This document shows positions 17,458-28,956 of a DNA stretch of 32,172 nucleotides, piece after piece (the stretch's first letter is position 1; each line of letters begins with the position of its first letter). The notes under the pieces are model-generated. The model saw only the letters and a list, made by a program, of their open reading frames with translations. It made no database searches and had not been told where the DNA came from. Position numbers and translations under genes: made by a program. This stretch comes from Mycobacterium sp. (lineage in GTDB: Bacteria > Actinomycetota > Actinomycetes > Mycobacteriales > Mycobacteriaceae), in NCBI GenBank assembly GCA_020438915.1, contig JAGQTR010000333.1, positions 1 through 32,172 on the forward strand. Direction: 5' to 3'.

Positions 17458-18768
17458 ATGAGCTGCTGCCAGCACATCAGCGTCGCCGACCAGTTCGACA
17501 CGGCGTTCACCGTCGACGCTTCACGGGTCACCTTCGGACGAGGGTGCCTGGCCGAAGTCGGGGAGCGGGCCAGAGCCTGCGGCATCACCCGGGCGGCGCT
17601 GTTCTCCGACGCTGTCGTTTCTGGTCTTGCCGTGTTCGACACCGTCGCTCGTTCGTTGCGCGACGCCGGTGTCGAGGTCGTGGCCTACACCGACAGCCGT
17701 GTTGAACCAACCGATGAATCACTCAGGCATGCAGCAGCGTTCGCGTTGGACACCAAGCCGGATGGCTACATCTCGCTCGGTGGGGGATCGGTGATCGATA
17801 CCGCCAAGGCGGCCAACCTCTATGCCAGTCATCCCGCCGACTTCCTCGACTACGTGAACGCGCCTGTCGGTGCGGGACTGCCGGTGCCCGGACCGTTGAA
17901 GCCGCACATCGCGTGTCCCACGACATCGGGCACCGGCAGCGAGGTCACGGGCATCGCCATTTTCGACCTGCTGTCGATATCGGCCAAAACAGGTATCGCC
18001 TCGCCGGCGCTGCGTCCCACCGAAGCGCTCGTCGACCCCGACAGCACCGAAACCCTGCCCGCCAAGGTCGTCGCATGCAGCGGACTGGACGTGCTCTCCC
18101 ACGCGCTGGAGTCCTACACCGCCCGCCCCTTCACCCGCCGTACCGCCTCACGGCCACGCAGCCAGCGCCCGATGAGTCAGGGCGCCAACCCGTGGAGTGA
18201 TGTGGGTAGCCGCGAAGCCCTGCGACTTCTCGGCCGGTATCTGGAACGAGCCGTGAACGACGCCTCCGATCACCATGCCCGGGAGCAGACGATGTGGGCA
18301 GCGACGCTGGCGGGCATCGCCTTCGGCAACGCCGGGGTGCACATCCCGCATGCCATGGCCTACGCGGTGGCCGGCCAGGTTCGTGACTTTAATCCTGGCG
18401 GCTACCCAGGCGCCGAACCCCTGGTGCCGCATGGCATGGCGGTAATTCTCAACGCCCCGGCCACCTTTGCCCTCACCGCCCACACCGACCCGACACGGCA
18501 CCTCGATGCGGCGCGCATGCTCGGCGCCGCTGTCCCCGACGCGGTGTCCGAGAGCGACGCGGGCGCGGTCCTGGCCGAACACCTGATCCGAATAATGCGT
18601 GCGGTCGGCATGCCCAACGGGCTGACGGCCGTCGGTTACGACCGCGCCGACGCGCTGGCGCTTACCGAGGGCGCCTGGCCACAGCAGCGGTTGTTGGGCA
18701 ACGCGCCGCTTGAGGTCGACCGGGCTCTGCTGACCCGCGCATTCGAGCAGGCCCTGAAGTATTGGTGA
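17458..18768 (+). CDS. Hydroxyacid-oxoacid transhydrogenase (iron-containing ADH family, ADHFE1-like)
   Basis: [69 protein letters not shown]; CACAAT 6 nt before ATG. Confidence 0.88.
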   Translation: MSCCQHISVADQFDTAFTVDASRVTFGRGCLAEVGERARACGITRAALFSDAVVSGLAVFDTVARSLRDAGVEVVAYTDSRVEPTDESLRHAAAFALDTKPDGYISLGGGSVIDTAKAANLYASHPADFLDYVNAPVGAGLPVPGPLKPHIACPTTSGTGSEVTGIAIFDLLSISAKTGIASPALRPTEALVDPDSTETLPAKVVACSGLDVLSHALESYTARPFTRRTASRPRSQRPMSQGANPWSDVGSREALRLLGRYLERAVNDASDHHAREQTMWAATLAGIAFGNAGVHIPHAMAYAVAGQVRDFNPGGYPGAEPLVPHGMAVILNAPATFALTAHTDPTRHLDAARMLGAAVPDAVSESDAGAVLAEHLIRIMRAVGMPNGLTAVGYDRADALALTEGAWPQQRLLGNAPLEVDRALLTRAFEQALKYW

Positions 18769-18919
18769 AGAAATACTGGTGAAGTCACACCCCGGAAGTT
18801 CGCAGTTCTGCGCGAGCCTCCGCGACTCTTCGTCGATGAGGTGGTAGCTATCCAGTCGAAGGTCACGCGTTGCCACCAGCGCAATAGCTACCGGGCCGGC
18901 ACCACCGAAAACTGGTCGC

Positions 18920-20521
18920 ATGCTATTGACAGGATCGAAACCGATGCGGGAAGCGAGTATCGACACGCCGGCGCCGTCGCGCGTCGGGCACCTCCGCTGG
19001 CCGATACGGCGACTCTCCATCGAAGACCGCCATTCAGCGATGGACCACCTGATGGTGGCGCCGTCGGCCACCGCAACATGGCGATTCGCGGTTCTGATGT
19101 TCCTGTCCAGCATGGTCGCGGCCATCGGGCTACTGCAGAATTCCGCAGCCGTGGTGATCGGCGCCATGATGATCGCGCCGTTGATGGCACCCATCATGGG
19201 AATCGCTGCCTGCTTGATCATGGGATGGGGACGGCGGCTCCTGACCGGGTTGGCGCTGGTCTCGATGTCGGCGTTGGGTGCCATCGCGGTCGGATGGCTG
19301 TTCGCTACGTTGCTGACCGCCGAAGGAACCGAGCTGACCAGCCAGGTTGTTGAACGATCCAGCCCCGACATCCGCGACCTGCTGGTCGCGCTCGGGGCCG
19401 GTGCAGCCGGCGCATACGCCACCGTGCACAAGAAAATCTCCGGTGCCCTGCCCGGTGTTGCGGTCGCGGTCGCGCTCGTGCCGCCGCTGGCGGCGATCGG
19501 TGTCCTGCTGGGGTACGGGCAACCACAGCTGGCCCGCGGCGCGACGCTGTTGTTTCTGACCAACCTGGTCGGCATCGTGCTGATGGCCGCGGTGGTGTTT
19601 TTGGCGACCGGCCTGGTACCCCGACACCGATTCAAAACGCATCGCCACTGGATCGTCGGTTCGGTGGCATTGACCGCGACGTGCGCACTGGCTGTCACGC
19701 TCATCCTCACACCGCGGTTCATCGAGATCAGCGGCCGGGCACACGATCTGAAGGTCGCCACGCAAACCCTCACTGGCCTGCTCGGCTCCGGCAACAGGCT
19801 GAGCCACATCGCCATCTCCGGAGGTACGGTCCGCGCGGACATCACCGGCGAAACTGCGCCACCGCCGGTGCGGGACGTGGCCGCGGCTCTCAGTCGGGCG
19901 CTGGGCTACCCGGTCACCGCCCAGGTCGGGTGGATACCGGTGCAGGACCCGGATCACATCCAGAAAGAACCGCCGCAACTGCCATTGAACGATCTGAGCC
20001 CGACGGTCGAGAAATGGCTTGCCACACAGTCGTTGACCTTGCAAGGTCTCAGCTACCAGTCGGGCACGCTGGTGATCTCTACCGCCGGACCGCTTCCGCC
20101 GAAGAGTTCGGACGACCTGACGGCGCTCATCAGCGCAAAGTTCCAGCAAGATATTCCGGTCAGCATGGCCTGGACTCATACCCCCGGGGCCACCGAGCCA
20201 AGTGACGCCGAGACTGCGCTGGTTGCCGCCCGCGAAACCACCGCCACATGGGTGTCGACGAAACCGGACACCGAGGTCTTGAGCATCTCCGGTGACGGCA
20301 CCCCAAATACGATCACCGTCACCCTGATCGGGTCCACCCGGCCGGACGTCGATGCGCTGCAGACCGAACTGCGAACCAACCTGCCGCAAACCACGATCGT
20401 CATTCAATGGGTATCGGGGGGTCTGCTGATCAGCGATCCCCCCGACAGCGCCACCGACGCAAGGCTCACCACCGCAGCGTCTGAAGCGGCCCCCGCCGCC
20501 AAGCCAGGTCCGCCGCGCTGA
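18920..20521 (+). CDS. DUF389 family membrane protein with long C-terminal extension
   Basis: GLLQNSAAVVIGAMMIAPLMAPI, RSSPDIRDLLVAL.AG.AG, PGVAVAVALVPPL, LFLTN; start uncertain (18920, 18944 or later). Confidence 0.85.
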   Translation: MLLTGSKPMREASIDTPAPSRVGHLRWPIRRLSIEDRHSAMDHLMVAPSATATWRFAVLMFLSSMVAAIGLLQNSAAVVIGAMMIAPLMAPIMGIAACLIMGWGRRLLTGLALVSMSALGAIAVGWLFATLLTAEGTELTSQVVERSSPDIRDLLVALGAGAAGAYATVHKKISGALPGVAVAVALVPPLAAIGVLLGYGQPQLARGATLLFLTNLVGIVLMAAVVFLATGLVPRHRFKTHRHWIVGSVALTATCALAVTLILTPRFIEISGRAHDLKVATQTLTGLLGSGNRLSHIAISGGTVRADITGETAPPPVRDVAAALSRALGYPVTAQVGWIPVQDPDHIQKEPPQLPLNDLSPTVEKWLATQSLTLQGLSYQSGTLVISTAGPLPPKSSDDLTALISAKFQQDIPVSMAWTHTPGATEPSDAETALVAARETTATWVSTKPDTEVLSISGDGTPNTITVTLIGSTRPDVDALQTELRTNLPQTTIVIQWVSGGLLISDPPDSATDARLTTAASEAAPAAKPGPPR

Positions 20522-20597
20522 TCCCGGGTGTAGCTACCCTCTTCCGGGCTGCAGCCGCGGTGGTTCGCTGTGTTGCGGTTGAGAGATAATCGATTTG

Positions 20598-23417
20598 ATG
20601 AGGCACACCGAGGCGCATAAGCCCACGAGGGTCGACGACGCCGAAGACTTGGTTGCCACGCTTCGGCGCGCGGGCGTCGTCGATGTCGATTCTTCTGCAC
20701 GCCGGCGCGCCGAGTACTCCACCGATGCGTCGCTGTACCGCGTGGTGCCCGATGTGGTGGTCTTTCCCACCGAACCCGACGAGATCGCCGCAATCGTCGG
20801 GATGGCGCGTTCGCTGGGGGTGCCGATCACCGCGCGGGGCGCCGGCACGTCGATCGCCGGCAACGCGGTAGGCCCGGGCATCGTGCTCGACTTCTCCCGC
20901 CATCTGCACCGCATCGGCGAAATCGATGGCGGTTCGGCGACGGCGATCGTGCAACCCGGCGTGATCCTCGACGATCTGCAGCGGGCCGCCGCACCGCACG
21001 GTCTGCGTTTCGGCCCGGACCCGTCCACCCACAGCCGATGCACGATCGGCGGAATGATCGGCAACAACGCCTGTGGTTCCCGGGCCCTGGGTTACGGGCG
21101 CACCGCCGACAACATCGTCGAACTCGAAGTGGTCACGGGCACCGGCGAACTCCTGCGGGCGACCCGCGGAGCCGGCCCCGGCGCCTCGGCCACGCTGTCT
21201 GAGCTGGACGGTGTGATCACGTCGCGGCTCGGGCTGATCCGCACCGAATTCGGACGATTCACCCGGCAGGTGTCGGGCTATTCGCTGGAGCACCTGCTGC
21301 CCGAGCGCGGCTTCGACGTGGCGAAGGCGTTCGTCGGGACGGAGGGAACCTGGGGTCTGCTGCGCGAGGCGACCGTACAACTGGTGCGGGCCCCGGCTGT
21401 GAGCCTGCTGTTGGTCGTGGGCTATCCCGATATGCCGGCAGCCGCCGACGCGGTCCCCGCCGTACTGCCCTTCCGTCCGGTAGCGGTGGAGGGTCTGGAC
21501 GCCCGCATCGTCAATGTGGTTCGGACGCGCAGGGGGGCGAGCGCCGTCCCGGGGCTACCCGCCGGGCAGGGCTGGCTGCTGATCGAACTCTGCGGAGAGG
21601 ACCCCTCGGAGGTCGCCGCACGCGCCGCGGCCACCCTCACCGCGGCCGACGCCATGGATGGCTGGGTGGTCGACAACGCGCACGAGGCTGCGGCGTTGTG
21701 GAAGATCCGCGAAGACGGCGCCGGCCTGGCCGCCCGGACGACCGAGCCCGCCGGGAAGTCCGGGTGGGAGGATGCGGCCGTCCCACCCGAAAATCTGGGC
21801 AGCTACCTGCGTGAGTTCGAGGCGCTGCTGGCAGAACGCGACCTGACCGGCGTGCCGTACGGGCATTTCGGCGATGGCTGCATTCACATTCGGATCAACT
21901 TCGGGCTGGACCGTGCCGACGGGCGCGGGGTGTTCCGAGAGTTTCTCACCGATGCCGCGAAACTCGTTGCCGGCTATGGCGGTTCGATGTCCGGCGAGCA
22001 TGGGGACGGGCGGGCGCGCGGTGAGTTGCTGCCGCTGATGTACTCACCCGCCGCGATCGCCACTTTCGCGGCGGTGAAGGCCGTGTTCGACCCGGAGGAT
22101 GTCCTCAACCCGGGGGTCATCGTGGCCCCGAGCCCCCTGGACGCCGACCTTCGCGAGGCATCCGCCCGGTCGATAGCCTCGGATCTGGGGTTCAGCTATC
22201 ACCACGACGGTGGCGATTTCAGCACCGCGGTGCATCGCTGCACCGGTGTCGGCAAATGCCGGGTGACCAGCGGCCCCGGCGTGATGTGCCCATCGTTTCG
22301 GGCCACCGGGGATGAGAAGGATTCCACCCGAGGGCGCGCCCGAGTCCTCCAGGAACTTGCCAACGGATCGATCGTGCAGGGATGGCGGTCACCGGAGATC
22401 CTGGATTCCCTGGACCTGTGCCTGTCGTGCAAGGCCTGCTCCTCGGAATGCCCGACCGGGGTGGACATGGCAACGTTGAAGGCCGAGGTCCTGTTTCAGC
22501 GCTACCGCCACCGGCTGAGGCCGGCCAGTCACTATTCGCTGGGTCGGCTGCCGCACTGGGCCGCGCTGGCGTCGTTGATGCCGGTCGCGGTCAACCGGAT
22601 GATGGCCGGACCGCTGGCTCCGCTCGGCAAAAGGATGGCCGGAGTCGACCCCCGGCGCGGTCTGCCGGTGTTCGCCGCGCAGACATTTCGCGGATGGTTC
22701 GCCGACCATCGCAGCGCTCCCGGCGATCCGGTGATGCTCTGGGTCGACACCTTCACCAACCACTTCACTCCGCAGGTCGGCATCGCCGCCGTGCGGGTGC
22801 TCGAGGCCGCCGGTTACTCGGTGCGCATCCCAGAGCGCAGGCTGTGTTGCGGGCTGACCTGGATCTCCACCGGACAGCTCGCTACAGCTCGAAAGGTCCT
22901 GCACCGCAGCGTCACAGCACTTGCCGATCCGGCGCGCGCCGGCGTACCCATCGTCGGACTGGAGCCGTCCTGCACGGCGGTGTTCCGCAGTGACGCCGCC
23001 GAGTTACTGGGCGATAGCGAAACCACCGAGACGGTTTCGCGTTCGATACGAACCCTGGCCGAATTACTCGGCAGTATCCCCGGGTGGGAGCCGCCGGATC
23101 GGTCGGGCACCACCGCGGTAGTGCAGCCGCACTGCCACCACCGCGCCGTCATGGGGTTCGACGCCGATCTCGACATCCTCGGCCGCGCCGGCGTCGCGAC
23201 GCGGGTCGTGGAAGGCTGCTGCGGGCTGGCCGGTAACTTCGGCGCAGAGCGCGGCCACTACGACCTCAGCGTCGCGGTCGCGGAGAACGATCTCTTGCCG
23301 GCGCTACGAGAGTCCGACGGGTCGTCGCCGGTGATGACCGACGGTTTCTCCTGTCGCACCCAACTTCTCGACCTCACCGGCCGCGAAGGGATCCACCTCG
23401 CAGAGCTGCTTGCCTAA
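20598..23417 (+). CDS. FAD-binding and Fe-S/CCG-domain oxidoreductase (YdiJ/Dld-II-like D-2-hydroxyacid dehydrogenase)
   Basis: [62 protein letters not shown] motifs; GATAAT 7 nt before ATG. Confidence 0.88.
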   Translation: MRHTEAHKPTRVDDAEDLVATLRRAGVVDVDSSARRRAEYSTDASLYRVVPDVVVFPTEPDEIAAIVGMARSLGVPITARGAGTSIAGNAVGPGIVLDFSRHLHRIGEIDGGSATAIVQPGVILDDLQRAAAPHGLRFGPDPSTHSRCTIGGMIGNNACGSRALGYGRTADNIVELEVVTGTGELLRATRGAGPGASATLSELDGVITSRLGLIRTEFGRFTRQVSGYSLEHLLPERGFDVAKAFVGTEGTWGLLREATVQLVRAPAVSLLLVVGYPDMPAAADAVPAVLPFRPVAVEGLDARIVNVVRTRRGASAVPGLPAGQGWLLIELCGEDPSEVAARAAATLTAADAMDGWVVDNAHEAAALWKIREDGAGLAARTTEPAGKSGWEDAAVPPENLGSYLREFEALLAERDLTGVPYGHFGDGCIHIRINFGLDRADGRGVFREFLTDAAKLVAGYGGSMSGEHGDGRARGELLPLMYSPAAIATFAAVKAVFDPEDVLNPGVIVAPSPLDADLREASARSIASDLGFSYHHDGGDFSTAVHRCTGVGKCRVTSGPGVMCPSFRATGDEKDSTRGRARVLQELANGSIVQGWRSPEILDSLDLCLSCKACSSECPTGVDMATLKAEVLFQRYRHRLRPASHYSLGRLPHWAALASLMPVAVNRMMAGPLAPLGKRMAGVDPRRGLPVFAAQTFRGWFADHRSAPGDPVMLWVDTFTNHFTPQVGIAAVRVLEAAGYSVRIPERRLCCGLTWISTGQLATARKVLHRSVTALADPARAGVPIVGLEPSCTAVFRSDAAELLGDSETTETVSRSIRTLAELLGSIPGWEPPDRSGTTAVVQPHCHHRAVMGFDADLDILGRAGVATRVVEGCCGLAGNFGAERGHYDLSVAVAENDLLPALRESDGSSPVMTDGFSCRTQLLDLTGREGIHLAELLA

Positions 23418-24637
23418 CGCTCGGCCGGCCGGTAGGCGGTTACCACAACGGCACCGCCGAGTCCGATGTTGTGCTGCAGCGCAACTGCGGACTTCAGCGC
23501 GGCGCTCTCGACCTGCCTCTTGTCCGCCGTTCCCCGTAGCTGCCAGGTGAGTTCGCTTGCCTGAGCCAGACCGGTCGCACCGAGCGGGTGGCCTTTGGAA
23601 ATGAGACCGCCGGACGGGTTGACGACCCACCTACCGCCGTACGTGGTTTCGCCATTGTCGATGAGTTTGCCGCCGTCCCCGTCAGCGCAGAGGCCGAGCG
23701 CCTCGTAGGTGAGCAACTCGTTGACCGAGAAGCAGTCGTGCAGCTCGATGACATCGATGTCAGCCGGGCCGACCTGAGCCTGCTCGTAGACTTTTCGGGC
23801 CGCGTGGCGGGTCATGTCGGAGCCGACGATGGTGATCGCGCTCTTGTCGGTGAACGTGGACTCCAGATCGGTGACCATGGCCTGACCGACGATCTCGACG
23901 GCCTGCGCGGCCAGGCCGTGCTTGTCGACGAACGCCTCGCTGGCCACGATCACCGCGGCGGACCCGTCGGATGTCGGCGAACACTGCAGCCGGGTCAACT
24001 CCGCCGGCGGGTAGATCATCTTCGCGGCCTTGACCTCGTCGAGGGTGTAGGAGTCCTGGAATTGGGCGTAGGGGTTGTTCACCGAGTGCCGATGGTTCTT
24101 CTCGCCGATCTTGGCGAACTGCTCGGTGGTGGTGCCGTAACGCTGCATGTGTTCCCGCCCGGCGGCGCCGAACATCCAGGGTGCCACGGGGAAGGCGAGC
24201 TCGAACAACTCCGCCTCGGCCTGGATGTGGCGCCCCAACGGTTGCTCGCGATCGCTGAGTCCGCCCTGCAGCGAGCCGGGTTGCATCTTTTCGAAGCCCA
24301 GGGCAAGTGCGCAGTCGGCGAGTCCGCCGCGCACCGACTGGGTGGCCAGGAACAGCGCTGTGGATCCGGTGGAGCAATTGTTGTTGACGTTGGTGATCGG
24401 AATCCCGGTCATACCGAGCTCGTAGATCGCCCGCTGCCCGCAGGTCGAGTCGCCGTATACATAGCCGACGTGCGCCTGCTCGATGGCGTCGAAGGGTATG
24501 CCGGCGTCCTCGAGGGCGTTGGTTCCCGCCTCTTTGGCCATTGCCGGATAATCCCAGCCCTCTCTTCTGCCGGGCTTCTCGAACTTCGTCATGCCGACAC
24601 CGACGACAAACGCTTTGTTCCTGCTCATGAAAGTCAT
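23414..24637 (-). CDS. Lipid-transfer protein / SCP-x type thiolase (Ltp1-like)
   Basis: [58 protein letters not shown]. Confidence 0.9.
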   Translation of the reverse strand: MTFMSRNKAFVVGVGMTKFEKPGRREGWDYPAMAKEAGTNALEDAGIPFDAIEQAHVGYVYGDSTCGQRAIYELGMTGIPITNVNNNCSTGSTALFLATQSVRGGLADCALALGFEKMQPGSLQGGLSDREQPLGRHIQAEAELFELAFPVAPWMFGAAGREHMQRYGTTTEQFAKIGEKNHRHSVNNPYAQFQDSYTLDEVKAAKMIYPPAELTRLQCSPTSDGSAAVIVASEAFVDKHGLAAQAVEIVGQAMVTDLESTFTDKSAITIVGSDMTRHAARKVYEQAQVGPADIDVIELHDCFSVNELLTYEALGLCADGDGGKLIDNGETTYGGRWVVNPSGGLISKGHPLGATGLAQASELTWQLRGTADKRQVESAALKSAVALQHNIGLGGAVVVTAYRPAER

Positions 24638-24927
24638 GCTGCTTCGTTATGGGCAGGGCTGTCAATCGGCGCGCAAGGCTGGTTCGGCCGGCCCGCGACG
24701 GGTTCGCGTCAAGTGACTGAGTTCTCTTCAGCAGTAAAGGTTTCCGTCAGGTTAGGGGACGACGCCTGCTGCGCCAGTTCTCGGGACGGCCTTCACGCCG
24801 CTGACGTTCCGCGCCGGGAGGCTGTCATGGCGGCAAGCGTGCGGGCCGATCATGGCCGCGGAGCTGTCAGGTGGGTTAGGCTGCGGACACCAATGCCAGC
24901 ACATCCGATCGGAGGGCCGAAGTAATC

Positions 24928-25200
24928 ATGTTGAAGAAGACGGTCCTGGTCGCGGTCATTGCCATCGGATCGGCTTTGGGCGTCGCCGCACCGGCGAACG
25001 CCGGCCCAGTGGAGAACCCGTGCCCGCTCGCGGTGAGCTTCCTGTGCGCATTCGTGGGGAGCATGCCGGAACTCGACCACGACGTCGACCTCACCGAGGG
25101 TGCCAGCACGAGTGCCGACGAGCCTATTCCGCAGGTGACCGGCGTGCCCGATCTGCTCTATGGGCCGCCGGCCGACGTCTGCGCGAAAGGCTGTATCTAG
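24928..25200 (+). CDS. Small secreted Cys-containing protein
   Basis: Signal peptide ending APANA, GGAGG upstream, 4 Cys (CPLAVSFLC; CAKGC). Confidence 0.75.
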   Translation: MLKKTVLVAVIAIGSALGVAAPANAGPVENPCPLAVSFLCAFVGSMPELDHDVDLTEGASTSADEPIPQVTGVPDLLYGPPADVCAKGCI

Positions 25201-25416
25201 CGCCTTGGAGCCGCTGCCCGGGTTGGGCGTCGGACCGGATCGATGGACGGCTAACCGACGACGCTGAACAGCGGTGGTCGAGAATCCACGAATAACGTTG
25301 GTAGTCAACGCTGATTCAATGGAAACCCAGTTCGCCGGGGGGTTGATGCGGTGCTTCCCGGTAGCAAGCAGCAGCCGCGGCGGACCTGCGCCGCAGGCGG
25401 TGACAGAATCGCTGGC

Positions 25417-26193
25417 ATGCCCGCGCCGGTGAAGGTCCGCATCCTCGGCGTCGGAATGGGCCCGCAGCACGTCACACCCGAGGTGGCCCAGGCGCTGCGG
25501 ACCGCCGACTACGTGCTCGCCGCCGAGAAAGCCGACGACGACCGCTTACTCGCCGCGCGCCGCGCGATCGTGCGGACCCACCCCGGCCCGCACGGTCCGG
25601 TTGAGGTGATCGCAGTGCCGGACCCCGAACGCGACCGCTCCGCCGGATTGAGCGCTGCCGGTTACCAGGCCGCCGTGACCGATTGGCATCAGGCCCGCGC
25701 GCAGCGTTACGCCGCAGTCCTGCACGAACGCGGCGGCACCGCCGCGTTCCTGATCTGGGGGGATCCGTCGCTGTACGACTCGACCATCCGCATCGTCGAG
25801 AAAGTACGTGACCTCCTCAAGGTCGAATCGGTAGACCTGGACTTCGATGTGCTACCGGGGGTGAGTGCGCCGCAATTGCTTGCCGCCCGGCACCGCATCG
25901 TGTTGCACGAGGTCGGCCGCCCGGTGCATCTCACCACCGGACGTCGGCTGCAGGAGGCCGTCGTCGCCGGCCTGGACAACATCGTGGCGATGCTCAATCC
26001 GCCACCGGAGCGACTCGATTTCACCGGCCTGCAGGACTGGACGATGTGGTGGGGCGCCAACCTCGGGGCCGCGGGGGAGCAGCTCATCGCCGGCCGGGTG
26101 GGCGACGTGCTGCCCCGTGTCGCCGATGCCCGCGCGGCCGCCGAGACGCAGGACGGCTGGGTGATGGATCTGTTCCTGGTCAGGAAGACCTGA
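25417..26193 (+). CDS. cobF: Precorrin-6A synthase (deacetylating)
   Basis: LGVGMGP.HVT, DPERDR, V.DWH.AR, FLIWGDPSLYDST, PGVS..Q.LAARHRI, TTGRRL, WWGA.LG, GWVMD. Confidence 0.9.
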   Translation: MPAPVKVRILGVGMGPQHVTPEVAQALRTADYVLAAEKADDDRLLAARRAIVRTHPGPHGPVEVIAVPDPERDRSAGLSAAGYQAAVTDWHQARAQRYAAVLHERGGTAAFLIWGDPSLYDSTIRIVEKVRDLLKVESVDLDFDVLPGVSAPQLLAARHRIVLHEVGRPVHLTTGRRLQEAVVAGLDNIVAMLNPPPERLDFTGLQDWTMWWGANLGAAGEQLIAGRVGDVLPRVADARAAAETQDGWVMDLFLVRKT

Positions 26194-27671
26194 TGGCGGG
26201 ACTCCTGGTCGCCGGCACGACCAGCGATGCCGGCAAGAGCGTGGTCACCACCGGTCTGTGTCGCGCCCTGTCTCGGCGCGGCATGAAAGTGGCGCCGTAC
26301 AAGGCGCAGAACATGTCGAACAACTCCATGGTCTGCACGGGGCCCGGCGGTGCCGGCGTGGAGATCGGCCGCGCGCAGTGGGTGCAGGCACTGGCGGCGC
26401 GGGCGACACCGGAGGCCGCGATGAACCCGGTACTGCTCAAACCGGGAAGCGACCAGCGCAGCCACGTGATGCTGATGGGACAACCCTGGGGTGAGGTGTG
26501 CTCATCTGACTGGCTACACGGACGACGGGCGCTCGGCGTTGCCGCGCACCGGGCCTACGACGACCTGGCCTCGCGCTACGAGGTGGTGATCGCCGAAGGC
26601 GCCGGCAGTCCAGCCGAAATCAATTTGCGCGCTGGCGATTACGTGAATCTGGGGTTGGCTCGGCATGCCGGTCTGCCGACGGTCGTGGTCGGCGACATCG
26701 ACCGGGGCGGGGTGTTCGCGGCGTTCCTGGGCACCGTCGCACTGTTGTCACCGGACGACCAGGCGCTGATCGCCGGATTCGTGGTCAACAAGTTCCGCGG
26801 TGCGCACCACCTGCTCGCATCGGGCCTGCGTGATCTGGAGCGGATGACCGGCAGGCGGGTTTACGGCACGCTGCCCTGGCAACCCGACATCTGGCTGGAC
26901 TCCGAGGACGCCCTGGATCTTGCGGGGCGGCGCTCCCCGGACACCGGTGCCCGCCGGGTCGCAGTGGTGCGATTGCCCCGCATCAGCAACTTCACCGACG
27001 TCGACGCCCTCGGCCTCGAACCCGACCTCGACGTCGTGTTCGCTTCCCGCCCCGGCGATCTCGTCGACGCTGACCTGGTGGTGCTGCCGGGAACCCGCTC
27101 CACGATCGCCGACCTGACCTGGCTGCGGTCACGCGGGCTCGACCGTGCTGTGGTGGCCCACGCCGCCGCCGGCCGGCCGGTGCTCGGCATCTGCGGCGGC
27201 TTCCAGATGCTGGGCCGCACCGTCCGCGACCACGCCGGCATCGAAGGTGCCCCCGCCGAGGCCGACGGCCTGGACCTTCTCGACGTCGAAACCAATTTCG
27301 CTGCGGCCAAGGCGCTTCGGCTCTCCGCTGGGCACTGGCTCGGCGCGCCGGCCACCGGATATGAGATCCATCACGGGCGGGTCACCTGCGGACCCGGCGT
27401 CGAGGATTTCCCGGGTGGCGCACGGGCCGGCCAGGTGTTCGGCACCATGTGGCACGGCGCACTGGAAGGCGACGCGCTGCGGACGCGATTCCTGCGCGAG
27501 ACGCTCGGCCTGGAGCCCTCCGGCCTCTCGTTCCCCCGGGCCCGGGACGCTCGGCTCGACCTGCTGGGCGACCTGGTCGAACAACACCTCGATATCGACG
27601 CATTGATCGCGCTGGCCACCGTCGGACCCCCACCGGGCCTGCCCGTCTTGGCCCCCGGAGCGTCGCGATGA
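26193..27671 (+). CDS. cobQ: Cobyric acid synthase
   Basis: [54 protein letters not shown]; TGATG coupling. Confidence 0.95.
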   Translation: MAGLLVAGTTSDAGKSVVTTGLCRALSRRGMKVAPYKAQNMSNNSMVCTGPGGAGVEIGRAQWVQALAARATPEAAMNPVLLKPGSDQRSHVMLMGQPWGEVCSSDWLHGRRALGVAAHRAYDDLASRYEVVIAEGAGSPAEINLRAGDYVNLGLARHAGLPTVVVGDIDRGGVFAAFLGTVALLSPDDQALIAGFVVNKFRGAHHLLASGLRDLERMTGRRVYGTLPWQPDIWLDSEDALDLAGRRSPDTGARRVAVVRLPRISNFTDVDALGLEPDLDVVFASRPGDLVDADLVVLPGTRSTIADLTWLRSRGLDRAVVAHAAAGRPVLGICGGFQMLGRTVRDHAGIEGAPAEADGLDLLDVETNFAAAKALRLSAGHWLGAPATGYEIHHGRVTCGPGVEDFPGGARAGQVFGTMWHGALEGDALRTRFLRETLGLEPSGLSFPRARDARLDLLGDLVEQHLDIDALIALATVGPPPGLPVLAPGASR

Positions 27672-28417
27672 AGGTGCTGCTGCTCGGCGGCACCGCAGAG
27701 GCCCGGCTGCTGGCCGAACTCCTCACCGATGCCGGCGTCGCGGTGACGACGTCGCTGGCCGGCCGGGTAACCCACCCGCGGTTGCCGGTCGGGGGAGTGC
27801 GTATCGGCGGCTTCGGCGGGGTCGCGGGCTTGCGTTCGGCGCTGACCGACTACGACGCCGTCGTGGATGCGACCCATCCGTTCGCGGCGACCATCTCGGC
27901 CAACGCCGTCGCCGCGTGCCAGACCGGAGATGCCCGTCGACCGCTGCTGCGCCTGGAGAGACCCGGGTGGACCGACCGGTCGCGCGGGTCATGGCACTGG
28001 GTGAACTCTCACGAAGAAGCCGCTGCGACCGCCTCGCTGCTGGGTGGGCGACCGCTGCTGACCGTCGGGCGTCAGGAACTCGGGCGGTTCATTCCGGCGC
28101 TGCGGCAGCGGGCCGTACTGGCGCGGGTCGTCGAACCCCCCGAGGTTCAGTTGCCCGCCGGTTGGCGGCTGGTGAGCAGCCGCGGTCCCTACGCGCTACC
28201 CGGCGAGCTGGCCCTGATGCGTGCGCATCGCGCCGATGTGTTGGTCACCAAGGATTCCGGTGGCGAGTACACCTGGCCGAAGATGGAGGCCGCTGACGAA
28301 CTCGACGTACCCATCGTGATCGTGCGTCGTCCGGTGCGGACACCCGGTGTGCCGACCGTGGACAGCGCCGAGGAGGCGCGGGACTGGGTACGGACCATCA
28401 CTACGATGTCCGGGTGA
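27668..28417 (+). CDS. cobK: Precorrin-6A reductase
   Basis: [42 protein letters not shown]; ATGA coupling. Confidence 0.92.
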   Translation: MKVLLLGGTAEARLLAELLTDAGVAVTTSLAGRVTHPRLPVGGVRIGGFGGVAGLRSALTDYDAVVDATHPFAATISANAVAACQTGDARRPLLRLERPGWTDRSRGSWHWVNSHEEAAATASLLGGRPLLTVGRQELGRFIPALRQRAVLARVVEPPEVQLPAGWRLVSSRGPYALPGELALMRAHRADVLVTKDSGGEYTWPKMEAADELDVPIVIVRRPVRTPGVPTVDSAEEARDWVRTITTMSG

Positions 28418-28953
28418 GGATCCTGGTCACCGGGGGCGTCCGCTCCGGAAAGTCCCGGCACGCCGAGGGGCTGCTGAGCGGCCCAGACGCGGTGACCTGC
28501 GACGCGGTGACCTACGTCGCGCCCGGTCGGCCCGCCGACGGCACCGATCCGGACTGGGATGCGCGGGTGGCGCGCCATCGCGCCTCCAGGGCGGCGCACT
28601 GGACGACCGTGGAGACCACCGACGTCGCCGCCGCGATGGCCCGAGCACGCGGCCCGGTGCTCGTCGACTGTCTCGGCAGCTGGCTGGCCGCCCTGCTGGA
28701 CGACCGCCAGTTGTGGGAGGCCGGCTACCACGACGTGCACGAAGCGGTGAGCGCGTCGACCGACGTCCTCTGCGACGCCCTGGCCGCGACGACCGATGCG
28801 GTGCTCGTGACCAACGAGGTCGGTCTGGGGGTGGTGCCCTCGCACCGGTCCGGGGTGCTCTTCCGCGACCTGCTCGGCATCCTCAACCAGCGGGTCGCGG
28901 CCGTCTGCGACGAAGTGCACCTGGTGATCGCGGGCCGGATCGTCAAGCTCTGA
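28414..28953 (+). CDS. cobU: Adenosylcobinamide kinase / adenosylcobinamide-phosphate guanylyltransferase
   Basis: [13 protein letters not shown]...R...W.T.E, VDCLG.W, VTNEVG.G.VP, FRD.LG..NQ. Confidence 0.92.
   Translation: MRILVTGGVRSGKSRHAEGLLSGPDAVTCDAVTYVAPGRPADGTDPDWDARVARHRASRAAHWTTVETTDVAAAMARARGPVLVDCLGSWLAALLDDRQLWEAGYHDVHEAVSASTDVLCDALAATTDAVLVTNEVGLGVVPSHRSGVLFRDLLGILNQRVAAVCDEVHLVIAGRIVKL
28486..28515 (+). repeat. In-frame 15-bp tandem duplication in cobU
   Basis: GACGCGGTGACCTGC-GACGCGGTGACCTAC ([10 protein letters not shown]). Confidence 0.8.
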
Positions 28954-28956
28954 CCG

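Noticed and set aside
18769-18919. Minus-strand GTTT-N15-CGGTAG promoter-like motif and small ORF
   Set aside because: Imperfect -10 and no credible downstream coding sequence
18148-19845. 565-aa minus-strand ORF
   Set aside because: Antisense to the transhydrogenase and DUF389 genes; no family motifs
24750-24880. Two GGTTAGG half-sites resembling an IdeR box
   Set aside because: Neither has the second half of the 19-bp palindrome
25201-25416. Cobalamin riboswitch upstream of cobF
   Set aside because: No recognisable B12-box elements; CAGAAT 7 nt before ATG suggests a leaderless mRNA
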